Below, one piece after another: positions 10,501 to 19,131 of a stretch of 30,767 nucleotides of DNA. Made by a program: the position numbers and the translations under genes. Source of the DNA: Nitrospirota bacterium (GTDB lineage Bacteria > Nitrospirota > Nitrospiria > Nitrospirales > UBA8639); NCBI GenBank assembly GCA_035873215.1, contig JAYWMS010000393.1:1-30767 (forward strand). The letters are read 5' to 3'. The stretch's first letter is position 1, and every line of letters begins with the position of its first letter. The notes beneath the pieces are model-generated. The model searched no databases. It had not been told where the DNA came from and worked only from the letters and a program-made list of their open reading frames with translations.

Positions 10501-12100
10501 ATTCTCGACTCCGGGTGTGGGTTTGATTTCCCCGCCGCCCCATCATGACATTTATTCGATTGAGGACTTGGCTCAGCTTATTTTTGACCTGAAAAACTCC
10601 AATCCTGAAGCGGATGTCTCCGTGAAGTTGGTCTCCGAGGTTGGCGTAGGAACGGTCGCGGCCGGGGTATCGAAAGCGCATGCCGATAAGGTCCTGATTA
10701 GTGGTGATTCGGGCGGAACCGGAGCTTCACCCCTTTCGTCCATCAAATATGCCGGCATTCCGTGGGAAATTGGCTTGGCTGAAACGCATCAGACACTTGT
10801 GCTTAATGATCTTCGAGGCCGGATCAGAGTCGAGACTGACGGGCAAATGAAAACTGGGAAGGATGTGGTGGTCGCCGCATTGCTGGGTGCGGAAGAATTT
10901 GGTTTTTCTACAGCCCCGTTGATTGTTGAAGGCTGCATTATGATGCGGAAGTGCCATCTGAACACCTGTCCGGTCGGCGTGGCCACACAAGACCCTGAAC
11001 TTCGCAAACGATTTACCGGGCAACCTGATCACGTAGTGAATTTCTTCTTTTTTGTCGCCGAGGAAGTTCGGCAATTCATGTCGAAACTGGGCTTCAGAAA
11101 ATTCACCGACATGATTGGGCGAGTCGATAAACTTAAGGTCCAAAAAGCAATGGATCATTGGAAGGCAAAGGGTTTGGATTTGTCTCCTTTATTATGGAAA
11201 CCAGAGGTTGAACCTCATGTAAAAACATATTGTGTCGATCGCCAAGACCATGGCTTAGACAAAGTGTTGGACAACAAACTTGTCCAACTATGCCAACCGG
11301 CGATTGAGCGAGGGGAATGTATTTCTCTAGACCTTCCGATTCACAACACCGACCGAACGACGGGTACCATTCTATCTAGTCACATTGCACGGAAGTACAA
11401 AGAGGATGGACTTCCGCCAGATACGATTACCATCAACTTTACCGGTTCAGCTGGGCAGTCTTTCGGTGCATTTGTGTCTCGAGGGATTACCTTGAAGCTC
11501 GAAGGGGAGTCGAATGATTATCTAGGCAAGGGTTTGTCAGGCGGAAAAATCATTGTCACACCCCCAAAAGGGTGTACGTTTAAGCCAGAAGAAACCATTT
11601 TGATCGGGAATACCTCGCTGTATGGAGCGACTGGTGGGGAGTGCTATTTCTACGGCACGGCCGGCGAGCGCTTTGCCGTGAGAAACAGTGGTGTTCGAGC
11701 TGTCATCGAGGGTACTGGCGATCATTGTTGTGAATATATGACCGGTGGCGTAGTGGTTGTGTTGGGGCGAACCGGTCGGAATTTTGCCGCGGGAATGTCA
11801 GGTGGCGAGGCCTATGTCCTGAATGAGGATGGGAAATTTGAGTCGCGCTGTAATCGGGGCATGGTCGAGTTAGAAAAAGTTGCTGATCCACAAGATATAC
11901 AAACCTTGCGAGCGATGATTGAAATGCATTTGCAATACACAGGTAGCCAAAAAGCCAAGATGATCTTGGATTCGTGGGCGAGCAAGCTGCCAAAATTTGT
12001 GAAGGTGATGCCGGTGGATTACAAGCGAGTGTTGGCTGAACGGAAAGCGGCAGCGGCCAAGCAAGCGAGTAAGGGTTCAGAGATGGTGGCCCATGGCTGA
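7526..12100 (+). CDS. gltB: Glutamate synthase large subunit
   Basis: N-terminal nucleophile [33 protein letters not shown], 3Fe-4S motif [12 protein letters not shown] and C-terminal GXGXG repeats. The true start may be ATG 7541 or 7550. Confidence 0.98.
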   Translation: MNGSLMLSMPPTFGLPPRQGLYDPQFEKDGCGIGFVANIKGNKSHDIVQQALQVLKNLHHRGAQGCDPCTGDGAGILMQISHEFFRRAAADIGINLPEAGGYGVGMVFLPQDEPLRHQCQGLFESIIREEGVRFLGWRDVPVKLEHVGDQAKQTLPYIRQFFIARDILNEAQFERKLYVVRKRIARAIRESALVERGKVYVCSLSANTIVFKGMLLPKQLGHFFSDLEDTSMVSSLALVHSRFSTNTFPTWTLAHPYRYTVHNGEINTLRGNVNWMRARQGRLESDLLGKDLEKLYPIVYENQSDSACLDNAVEFLVMAGRSLPHVMMMLIPEPWVGNPSMNLDRRGFYEYHASMMEPWDGPAAVAFTDGKLIGATLDRNGLRPCRYQVTTDDLVVLASEAGVLPTDAKNIREKGRLQPGRMFLVDTVQGRIIDDEEIKADIAGRKPYRTWLTQHRVSLDELPEPLSVPQPDHPTLRERQQAFGVTIEELKMVLTPMGINGEEPTSSMGTDTPLAVLSNRPQLLPKYFKQLFAQVTNPPIDPIREQLVMSLVTSIGPKPNLIAETPEACRRIKVRQPILTNAELQKLREFEDPHFVSKTLPMLFRVAEGPDGLGSAVDQLCRDASKAIKEGYKFLILSDRGMNEEWAPIPSLLGIAAVHHHLVREATRTEVGLILETGEPRDVHHFACLIGYGAGVVNPYLVFETYVDLEREGYLPEGVDADTASEKFIKAINKGLLKIFSKMGISTVQSYCGAQIFEALGLSQKLVDRYFTGTPSRVEGIGMREIGEETLRRHSVAYQPAPIRQLDFGSEIHYRIQGEHHNWNPDTISKLQHATRVNDAKSYEEYSQMVNDESKCRSNLRGLFDFKFEPQPVSLEEVESVKDIVKRFTTGAMSYGAISKEAHETLAIAMNRIGGKSNTGEGGEDGERFVPLPNGDSKNSHIKQVASGRFGVTANYLVNAKELQIKMAQGAKPGEGGQLPGHKVDEIIANMRFSTPGVGLISPPPHHDIYSIEDLAQLIFDLKNSNPEADVSVKLVSEVGVGTVAAGVSKAHADKVLISGDSGGTGASPLSSIKYAGIPWEIGLAETHQTLVLNDLRGRIRVETDGQMKTGKDVVVAALLGAEEFGFSTAPLIVEGCIMMRKCHLNTCPVGVATQDPELRKRFTGQPDHVVNFFFFVAEEVRQFMSKLGFRKFTDMIGRVDKLKVQKAMDHWKAKGLDLSPLLWKPEVEPHVKTYCVDRQDHGLDKVLDNKLVQLCQPAIERGECISLDLPIHNTDRTTGTILSSHIARKYKEDGLPPDTITINFTGSAGQSFGAFVSRGITLKLEGESNDYLGKGLSGGKIIVTPPKGCTFKPEETILIGNTSLYGATGGECYFYGTAGERFAVRNSGVRAVIEGTGDHCCEYMTGGVVVVLGRTGRNFAAGMSGGEAYVLNEDGKFESRCNRGMVELEKVADPQDIQTLRAMIEMHLQYTGSQKAKMILDSWASKLPKFVKVMPVDYKRVLAERKAAAAKQASKGSEMVAHG

Positions 12101-13529
12101 TCCGAGAGGGTTTGTAAAATATGCACGGGAAGGCCCCAAGCGTCGCCCGGTTGAACTACGAGTGTTGGATTGGAAAGAGTTGTATCAACCCTTTCCTGAG
12201 GAAAAGCTCCGTAATCAGGGTGCGCGATGTATGGATTGCGGGGTTCCCTTTTGTCAGAGCAACATGGGCTGCCCGGTCGTCAATTTAATCCCTGAATGGA
12301 ATGACCTGGTCCATCGTGGCCGATGGAAGGATGCTCTCAAGGCTCTCCATGCGACAAACAATTTTCCAGAATTCACTGGCCGGTTGTGCCCTGCCCCCTG
12401 TGAATCAGCTTGTGTACTCGGCATCAATAGCGACCCTGTATCCATCCGCGTGATTGAATGGAACATCATCGACCGAGGGTTTGATGAAGGGTGGATTGAC
12501 CCGATTCTTCCTGTATCGAAAACAGGAAAGACGGTCGCTGTGATCGGGTCAGGACCTGCGGGGTTGGCTGCAGCACAACAACTGGCTCGGGCTGGGCATA
12601 CAGTCACGCTGTATGAAAAAGCGGATCGCATCGGCGGCTTGCTTCGATACGGTATTCCTGATTTTAAGATGGAAAAATGGGTGATCGATCGACGCCTTGA
12701 TCAAATGAAAGCCGAGGGGGTCCGATTCGAAACCAACGTGAATGTGGGTGTTGATATCACGGCGGAAGCCTTGCTGAGCCAATTTGATGCCGTCTGTTTA
12801 ACCTTGGGCGCCGAGGAAGCCCGTGATCTCCCGGTTCCCGGACGGGAATTACACGGGGTGCATTTTGCCATGGAGTATCTTGTCCAGCAAAATAAAACCA
12901 ATGCCGGGAATAAGCTTTCCGAAGGGCAGATTACGGCAAAAGGAAAACGTGTGGTGATCATTGGCGGTGGGGACACAGGTTCCGATTGTTTGGGTACGGC
13001 TCATCGTCAAGGTTGCACCGAAGTGCATCAATTTGAATTATTACCCGAACCGCCGCCCCAGCGAGCGACGTCGACCCCCTGGCCGCTGTGGCCGATGCAA
13101 CTTCGATCGTCGCATGCACATGAAGAAGGATGCGATCGGGAATGGAGTGTATCGACAACCAAATTCACGGGAGTAAACGGGCAGGTGACCCAGCTGCATG
13201 GACATCAAGTAAAGTTTGAGCAAGGCAGGTTCTCCCCAATACCCAATACTGAGTTTTCGTTGGATGTGGATCTGGTGCTCCTGGCCATGGGGTTCACCGG
13301 CCCTGTGAAGAATGGACTGCTCGATAGTCTTGGTGTGACATACGATCCCCGTGGGAATGTGGCTGTCGATGAGCATTATATGACCAATATTGATGGTGTG
13401 TTTGCTGCCGGAGATACGAAGCGCGGCGCTTCCTTGATCGTATGGGCGATTGCGGAGGGTCGACGAGCGGCTACGGCCGTCGATGCCTATCTGCTGTCTG
13501 GAAAACGTGTTTCAGCCTCGCACTCGTAA
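12093..13529 (+). CDS. gltD: Glutamate synthase small subunit
   Basis: CMDCGVPFC and [12 protein letters not shown] Fe-S clusters, GSGPAGL FAD motif, GGGDTGSDC and AGD...GASL. Overlaps the gltB stop. Confidence 0.97.
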   Translation: MADPRGFVKYAREGPKRRPVELRVLDWKELYQPFPEEKLRNQGARCMDCGVPFCQSNMGCPVVNLIPEWNDLVHRGRWKDALKALHATNNFPEFTGRLCPAPCESACVLGINSDPVSIRVIEWNIIDRGFDEGWIDPILPVSKTGKTVAVIGSGPAGLAAAQQLARAGHTVTLYEKADRIGGLLRYGIPDFKMEKWVIDRRLDQMKAEGVRFETNVNVGVDITAEALLSQFDAVCLTLGAEEARDLPVPGRELHGVHFAMEYLVQQNKTNAGNKLSEGQITAKGKRVVIIGGGDTGSDCLGTAHRQGCTEVHQFELLPEPPPQRATSTPWPLWPMQLRSSHAHEEGCDREWSVSTTKFTGVNGQVTQLHGHQVKFEQGRFSPIPNTEFSLDVDLVLLAMGFTGPVKNGLLDSLGVTYDPRGNVAVDEHYMTNIDGVFAAGDTKRGASLIVWAIAEGRRAATAVDAYLLSGKRVSASHS

Positions 13530-13654
13530 TCGCAACAGTTCGATTCATTCATCTCTGCTTTTGTTTTCATTTCTCCCTTCTTGATTCTTCTTTGATGTTG
13601 AATTTCTTCAGGCTAACCGTTCAATCTAAGCACCGCAATTGCAAAGCTGCTCTC

Positions 13655-13760
13655 CCCTTCATAGTTCGACAGGCTCAGTACGAACTGAGGGGCTAGCTGC
13701 TACTCGTTAGGTGAGAGTCCGTTCGCTCTGAGCCTCCAAGGCTTCGCGGCAGTCGAAGGG
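13655..13760. repeat. REP-like palindromic pair between convergent genes
   Basis: Arm TTCGACAGGCTCAGTACGAAC (13665-13685) is complementary to GTTCGCTCTGAGCC...GTCGAA (13721-13757), whose unit is interrupted by about 17 nt. Related units occur at 15106-15130, 18374-18421 and 18601-18622. Confidence 0.65.
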
Positions 13761-13935
13761 TTCTGGGATGTCCCCCTCTTGTTTTTTGTCCAACGGTTTA
13801 TGGAATTTGATCAATCCAAAACATGGAGTGTCTTGGCCACAGGAAAAAAATAGTTGGGGGCATTTCGGGGGGCGACTGATTTTTGGAACCAGCTCTTACT
13901 CACGAAAGGAAAGTGCAATCAGAAACAGCAATCGG

Positions 13936-14898
13936 TCATTTGGCCTTTTTTTCTGGGCCCTTGAGAATGTGTTCAATGGCTTGAATGAGACGTCCTTCAA
14001 TCTCCGAGATCTCTTTGGGGCCTACTTCGAGGAGCTTCCCTCCACCACCCAGCTTTTCATAGAAGGCCTTCACTCTCAAGGTGGTTATCGTGGCGGTCGT
14101 GGCTTCCAGTACCACGACATACTGGTTTCGGAACCCAGGCAGTTCAATAGACTTTGAAATCGAGGTTTTTCGTTCGGTGATGAAAAACGCTCGTTGATCG
14201 GTTGCCATGTTACCCAGGAGAGCATATCCGTGTTGCGACAGGGCCTGTGTGGTGGCAGACACGGCGGCTCGCAAGGCAGACGTAAGCAGTTGAGATTTGG
14301 CGTTCTTGATATCAGTCTTCAGTGAGTGTCGGAATATGTCCCGTTGTCGGCGAAGCCAATCATTATCGCGTTTGAGTTTCTGTTTCTCTTGATTCAGTAT
14401 CTGTTTCTCTTGATTCAGTTTCGCCTTCTCTTTGGTTAATCGCGCAGCTTTTAGGGTGAGTTGTTGATTATCGTTGGTAAGGGTGTGGCCGGATTCTTCG
14501 ATGCTTTCCAGTTGCTGGGTGAAAGTACGTTCTTTTTCTCTCAGCTCTTGACTGAGTCGATTGATTTGTTCTTGTAAGACGCGATTCCCTTCTTCCAGCG
14601 TCTTCAGCATGGAATCTTTTTTGATGGCTTGTTTGGTGAGTTCTTCGTTTTCTTTCAACAAGGGCGTGTTGTCGGGAGGGCATCCCAGCAGGAACACGCT
14701 GGCTGTGATCAACAGAATGGAGGGCAGCGATGAATAAACCTGACGAAAAAAATGGAAGAATGCTTGACCAGATGTGATATGTAGGAGCGGGTTATTCCCT
14801 TGGTTCACGAGATGCCTTGAATGCACGGTTTCAACGATCAAAATGTAAGGTGCAGATAATTGGTTGCAGATTGTATGCACCTCAATCGAGTAATGCAA
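13936..14898 (-). CDS. Hypothetical coiled-coil lipoprotein
   Basis: Hydrophobic stretch ending in the lipobox LLGC, then about 110 aa of heptad coiled coil and a globular C-terminal domain. The real start is probably downstream of 14898 and is uncertain. Confidence 0.65.
   Translation of the reverse strand: MHYSIEVHTICNQLSAPYILIVETVHSRHLVNQGNNPLLHITSGQAFFHFFRQVYSSLPSILLITASVFLLGCPPDNTPLLKENEELTKQAIKKDSMLKTLEEGNRVLQEQINRLSQELREKERTFTQQLESIEESGHTLTNDNQQLTLKAARLTKEKAKLNQEKQILNQEKQKLKRDNDWLRRQRDIFRHSLKTDIKNAKSQLLTSALRAAVSATTQALSQHGYALLGNMATDQRAFFITERKTSISKSIELPGFRNQYVVVLEATTATITTLRVKAFYEKLGGGGKLLEVGPKEISEIEGRLIQAIEHILKGPEKKAK
14379..14419. repeat. 21-bp-period tandem duplication encoding one coiled-coil heptad
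   Basis: TCTGTTTCTCTTGATTCAGT occurs at 14379-14398 and 14400-14419 and encodes LNQEKQI LNQEKQK. Confidence 0.9.
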
Positions 14899-14955
14899 AT
14901 GAGGTACTCACTGTGCCGAGGTTCATTGACCGGGCAATCTGAGGAAAGGTAATGT

Positions 14956-15215
14956 GGGAATGTTGAAAAAAGTCGCCAGCGGCGTTCTCGCCAGTTTACC
15001 GTGCTCACGGACTGTGAGTACGCTCCGCGCGTCAAACTGGCTGCAGCCTTGCCCGTGGAAAAAGGCGGCTAGGCGCCCTTGGGTTTGGGCGGGTGATATA
15101 ACGAACCCTTCGGAAAGACTCAGGGCATGCTTTTTTGACCATTCCCGTCAGCTGCTGATATCGATTTCCCCCGGGAAATTTTTTTGGCCATGTGAGAGAA
15201 ATATTCAACATTCCC
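14956..15215 (+). repeat. Modular MITE-like palindromic element, copy 2
   Basis: Perfect 12-bp terminal inverted repeat GGGAATGTTGAA (14956) / TTCAACATTCCC (15204-15215), inner end TTTTTGACCATTCCC (to 15146), and the shared core and tail of copy 1. Confidence 0.85.
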
Positions 15216-15233
15216 CACAGAGGAAATCAGCGA

Positions 15234-15872
15234 ATGCCTGACCTGATCCGGAAAACGTTTCCCGTTCCACCGTTGGGATGTAATTGTTCGATTCTCGGTG
15301 ATCCTGAGACGAAACAGGGGATGGTTGTTGACCCTGGTGGAAACGCTGATCTGATTCTTCAGGAAGTATCGGCGTTGGGCTTGAGCATCAAAGCCATCAT
15401 TCATACACATGCCCATTTTGACCACTTCTTGGCCTCAGGCGCCATGAAGAAGGCAACCGATGCTCCGCTCTGTCTCCATCCTGATGATCGGGAGCTTTGG
15501 GATATGCTCGAGGTGCAGTGCCGATTGTTTGGTGTGCCTTTTGTCCCAGCACCCGAACCGGACCATTGGCTTCGTGATGAGGAGGTGCTCACGATTGGGA
15601 ATGTTAAGGGACAAGTACTTCATACCCCTGGCCATACGCCTGGTTCGTTATGCTTCTTATTTGAATCGGAAAAATTGTTATTGTCGGGGGATACGTTGTT
15701 TCGCGGCAGCATCGGGAGAACCGATTTATGGGGCGGTGATTCAGGGGCTATCGAGCGGTCTATTCGGGAACGTTTGTATTCTCTGGATGCCTCAACCCGG
15801 GTCGTGACCGGACATGGTCCCGAGACGCAAATCGGGTTCGAACGGGCCAATAACGCATTCTTTTCGGACTGA
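15234..15872 (+). CDS. MBL-fold metallo-hydrolase (glyoxalase II-like)
   Basis: HTHAHFDH (HxHxDH), HTPGHTPG and GDTLF...GRTD. The ATG at 15234 with upstream AGAGGA is preferred over 15192, which lies inside the repeat. Confidence 0.9.
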   Translation: MPDLIRKTFPVPPLGCNCSILGDPETKQGMVVDPGGNADLILQEVSALGLSIKAIIHTHAHFDHFLASGAMKKATDAPLCLHPDDRELWDMLEVQCRLFGVPFVPAPEPDHWLRDEEVLTIGNVKGQVLHTPGHTPGSLCFLFESEKLLLSGDTLFRGSIGRTDLWGGDSGAIERSIRERLYSLDASTRVVTGHGPETQIGFERANNAFFSD

Positions 15873-16158
15873 TATTCCTCGGTGATGGTGGAAAAGAAAA
15901 ACATCGGGCTGAATCGGGATTCGAGTAGTAGCCACGCGGGCGCTATCTGTTTGATTTCCATTATGTTTTGTGACTCGAAACTGATCCAGAATCCATCTTG
16001 CGTCCTGATTGCGCTTATGGTATAAGGGTCCATTCGTGATGGGACAGCATGTCGTTATTTGTCGAAACGTAGGTGTAGATTACTGCAGAATGGCCTTGAG
16101 GTTCTTTAACGAGGACTTTTCTATTACTAACGCTTTTTTTCTGTTGAGGAGGTAGGCA

Positions 16159-16653
16159 ATGCACAAGGTGCTTCTATCCGTCCTTTTTAGTTTAATTCTT
16201 ATTGCGGCTGGGTCTTCGGTCGCATTGGCTTTACAGTCCGGTGGGGTCGAGTTTGGGGATCTGGCAACCGGTTCAGTCGTTGGTCAACCATTTACTGCGT
16301 TAAATGTTGACCTTGAATACACCGCCTTGATGCTTGGTGGGAAGAAAGCCTGGTATCCTGGAACTGCGATTCTTGATCTTAGAAACGCAGGAACTGGAGC
16401 GCGGCCGATGTCCCCTGTCTTAATCAAAGTCACCAATACTTTGGATAGTGACCATGGGTTTGACATGTCTGCGGATTCACCGTTCGCGGCCCCAACTTCC
16501 ATGCATATCAAGATCGTGGTAAAGGCTGGAGAAACCAAGTATATTGGGATCCCCCTGAGCGACCTGACGTATGTCACTGCCCCTGGTAGTTTGAAGGTCA
16601 AATGTCAATTGCATAAGGGTCACCTTGGTTCGAATCTTCTGATCTTTAAGTAA
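16159..16653 (+). CDS. Secreted cupredoxin-fold protein, nitrosocyanin-like
   Basis: Sec signal (ALA), TNTLDSDHGF, VKAGETKYI and CQLHKGHLG. RBS GAGGAGG. Confidence 0.7.
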   Translation: MHKVLLSVLFSLILIAAGSSVALALQSGGVEFGDLATGSVVGQPFTALNVDLEYTALMLGGKKAWYPGTAILDLRNAGTGARPMSPVLIKVTNTLDSDHGFDMSADSPFAAPTSMHIKIVVKAGETKYIGIPLSDLTYVTAPGSLKVKCQLHKGHLGSNLLIFK

Positions 16654-16689
16654 GGATCAGGGTCAACTCAGTTTTTTGAGTGTGAACAA

Positions 16690-16726
16690 AAAAAGCCCCG
16701 TTCCCTACCTGGGAACGGGGCTTTTT
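16690..16726. terminator. Bidirectional intrinsic terminator
   Basis: A-tract, 11-bp stem GCCCCGTTCCC/GGGAACGGGGC, 5-nt loop and T-tract, lying between convergent genes. Confidence 0.9.
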
Positions 16727-16744
16727 CTTTCGTCTTCTTATGGC

Positions 16745-17086
16745 TTACACTTCCTCATCTTTTCCGCAATCGACTTTCGAATTTAGCGGTATATGTTGAG
16801 CCCCAAGGATTTTTCCATCCATAATGATAAGGAGGTAGCGGTTTTCAATCGACGGGCCGTTGCTTGTATTCCTGACAAAGGCATTGAGATCCACGATCAT
16901 TTCTTTTTTCGTCTCAGTCTGGGCATTGTTAATGACCCAGAAATAGTGCATGGCCTTCGGGTACAGTTTGGCGATAAACCGATCAATGACAGCGGGGACT
17001 TCGGGTGCGGCAGCTTGAACGGGTGTGGCCAGCGTGGCCGTTAAGGCCAAAGTGGTCAGGATTTGTGTTGGGTTGATTGTTATCAT
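16745..17086 (-). CDS. Small secreted hypothetical protein
   Basis: GGAGG RBS before the ATG at 17086, signal peptide (LTTLALTATLATPVQA) and a stop next to the terminator. Confidence 0.7.
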   Translation of the reverse strand: MITINPTQILTTLALTATLATPVQAAAPEVPAVIDRFIAKLYPKAMHYFWVINNAQTETKKEMIVDLNAFVRNTSNGPSIENRYLLIIMDGKILGAQHIPLNSKVDCGKDEEV

Positions 17087-17434
17087 GGCAGCCTCCCTTT
17101 GGAGTGATGTCAAATTATAACTCCGATTGTTGTCCTATCATGTTATTATCGGATACATGCTCATTATATTTAGCTGTCAATTGGTATCATACCAGGATTG
17201 TTAGAAAGGGGAAGGGTTATACGCTGATGTGGTGAGTTGGTTTGTGATGCCAATATTTAACCGTATATATAATATGTAAAGGGAAAAGTGGTCTGGGTTC
17301 TCGTGTCTCCGGGGATCAAGGCCCTTTCTATTTTTTGAAGAGTAGCATCATGAACCATTGGGCATTAAATCAACGAATACATATGAAGTTTGGGGAGCCA
17401 GGATGAGCCATCATCCAGGTGTTCAATCTTTTCA

Positions 17435-17935
17435 ATGTCGAAAACAAAGGTTCCAATTCTGAAGAAGTCAGGGAATTCAACGAGAATAGTATTCCTTGTT
17501 GTCATGGCGCTTCTGCTTGTGTCAGGGGCCATGTTATTTAATACTCCCCATCAAACCGAAGTTTTTCAGATTAATTTTCCTCATGGTGTGGCGCTCCAGG
17601 GAGAAGTCGCGAATACCCCCGAGAAACTCTTGTTCGGATTGGCTTTTCGTGAGCGGTTACGACCGGATGGAGCCCTGCTTCTGATATTTGATGAGTCGGG
17701 ACCGCATACCGTGTGGACGAAAGCGTTTCAAATACCGGTTGATTTGATCTGGGTCGACGAAAGTAAGCATATCGTTCATCTTGTCCGAGATGCAGAGCCA
17801 TGCCATGAGGACAAGTGTCCACGCTTTGGACCACCTCCGGAACATGCTCGGTACATTATTGAAACGAATGCCGGGTTCATTCGGGGAGCTGATGTTCAGA
17901 TTGGTCATGAATTGACCTTTGCTCTTCATATGTAG
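17435..17935 (+). CDS. DUF192-family membrane-anchored protein
   Basis: N-terminal TM, EVANTP...GLAFR, IPVDLIWVD, PC...CP and YIIETNAG, all following the DUF192 pattern. Start uncertain (17390 or 17435). Confidence 0.75.
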   Translation: MSKTKVPILKKSGNSTRIVFLVVMALLLVSGAMLFNTPHQTEVFQINFPHGVALQGEVANTPEKLLFGLAFRERLRPDGALLLIFDESGPHTVWTKAFQIPVDLIWVDESKHIVHLVRDAEPCHEDKCPRFGPPPEHARYIIETNAGFIRGADVQIGHELTFALHM

Positions 17936-18008
17936 CGGCGGTGTGACCTCAAGCCCACTTTCAGATGCAGTAGGGTTGATGAGATAGGATAAGAGGTTCC
18001 GCGTTTAA

Positions 18009-18356
18009 ATGATGAATATGCCAACATTTCCTTTAGAAGATTTCGTGCTCGTGGCTAAAGTCGAGGATGTTCCAGATGGCAAGGGCAAGGTTGTGAAAGC
18101 CAAAGGAAAGCAGATTGCTCTTTTTCGGGTGAAGGAAGCGTTTTATGCCATCAATAATGTCTGTCCTCATCAGGGCGCCTCACTTGCAAAGGGGCGATTG
18201 AAGCGGTATGTAGTGTCTTGCCCGTTGCACGATCTACAATTTGATATTCGAAGTGGATTTCAGACCGATGGTGGCGGCTGCCGTGTCGCCGGGTATGATG
18301 TGCACGTTGAAAATGGGAATGTGTACGTCAAGCCGAAAGCCCGCAGTTTTATCTAG
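18009..18356 (+). CDS. Rieske [2Fe-2S] ferredoxin (NirD-like fold)
   Basis: CPHQG and CPLH Rieske ligand motifs in a 115-aa protein. Confidence 0.9.
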   Translation: MMNMPTFPLEDFVLVAKVEDVPDGKGKVVKAKGKQIALFRVKEAFYAINNVCPHQGASLAKGRLKRYVVSCPLHDLQFDIRSGFQTDGGGCRVAGYDVHVENGNVYVKPKARSFI

Positions 18357-18357
18357 T

Positions 18358-18723
18358 GGGGGGTGTTGAAAAAGCATGTCCTGAGCCCTTCGGCCTTGCT
18401 CAGGATAAACTCCGTCGAAGGTTCCGCCAGCGGAGTTCTCGCTCTTTTGTCGCCTTCAGGCTCACAGACTGGTTGCTCTTCGCGACGTTCGCGCTTACGT
18501 ACTGAATAGTATACTCCGCGCGGCAAAGAATCTGCGGCATTGCTAGTGTAAAAGGGCGTCTTGGCGCCCCTGGGTTTGGGCGGGTGAAATAGCGGGGACT
18601 TCCTTCGGCAAGGCTCAGGACAGGTTTTGAACCCCGCTCATAATCTCCAGCAGAAAATGAAATGGGTGCCGTGAGCCGGGCAAGGAAAATTTTTACGATA
18701 TTCGACAATTTTCAAATGGCTAG
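18358..18723 (+). repeat. Modular MITE-like element, copy 3, with nested REP-like insertions
   Basis: GGGTGTTGAAAAA left end, CCGCCAGCGG-GTTCTCGC core, a 29-bp block (18563-18591) 27/29 identical to 15072-15100, and CTAG at both flanks (18353-18356 and 18720-18723). The right boundary is approximate. Confidence 0.75.
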
Positions 18724-18798
18724 GATTTTTATGGCCCTTTTATGGTTGAGCGGGAGGGCCCATGCGACATGAGGAAGAGAGGATGGTAGAATCGTAGC

Positions 18799-19116
18799 AT
18801 GGCGGTGGAACGTTCTGACACCAAGGTGATTGTGGCGACGAAGGGGAAGCCGTTTTCCGTCCGGTTGTGGGAAGATCGAACGCGCGGCGAACAATGGGTC
18901 CCCTCCTACGATTCGTCTGTGTTGGTAATGATTAGCGATGATTTTTTGCGCACGACGAGCAATAACGCTGTTGATTCCGGGAGCCGAACCTTTGAATTTG
19001 AAGCGCTGCAAGTCGGCACTCACCAGATAGAATTCCAAAAACGCTTGGCCTGGAAGTTCACAGCCGAGGATCGTCGGATCTTTGTGGTCAATGTTCAAGA
19101 CTCCTCCACAGTATAA
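18799..19116 (+). CDS. Chagasin-like (protease inhibitor I42 fold) protein with divergent loops
   Basis: Size and pattern GKPFSVRL...G.QW...G.RTFEFEA...GT.QIEF...AW fit the I42 family. Confidence 0.6.
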   Translation: MAVERSDTKVIVATKGKPFSVRLWEDRTRGEQWVPSYDSSVLVMISDDFLRTTSNNAVDSGSRTFEFEALQVGTHQIEFQKRLAWKFTAEDRRIFVVNVQDSSTV

Positions 19117-19131
19117 AGGGTATTTTCAGTC

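Noticed and set aside
13768-14157. 129-aa plus-strand ORF after gltD
   Set aside because: It is largely antisense to the lipoprotein gene, with no motifs.
15620-16033. 137-aa minus-strand ORF
   Set aside because: It overlaps the well-supported MBL hydrolase by about 250 nt, and has no RBS or recognisable domain.
18009-18356. Calling the Rieske protein nirD or part of the MCO system
   Set aside because: There is no nirB nearby, and the protein is cytoplasmic (no signal) whereas the copper locus is exported.
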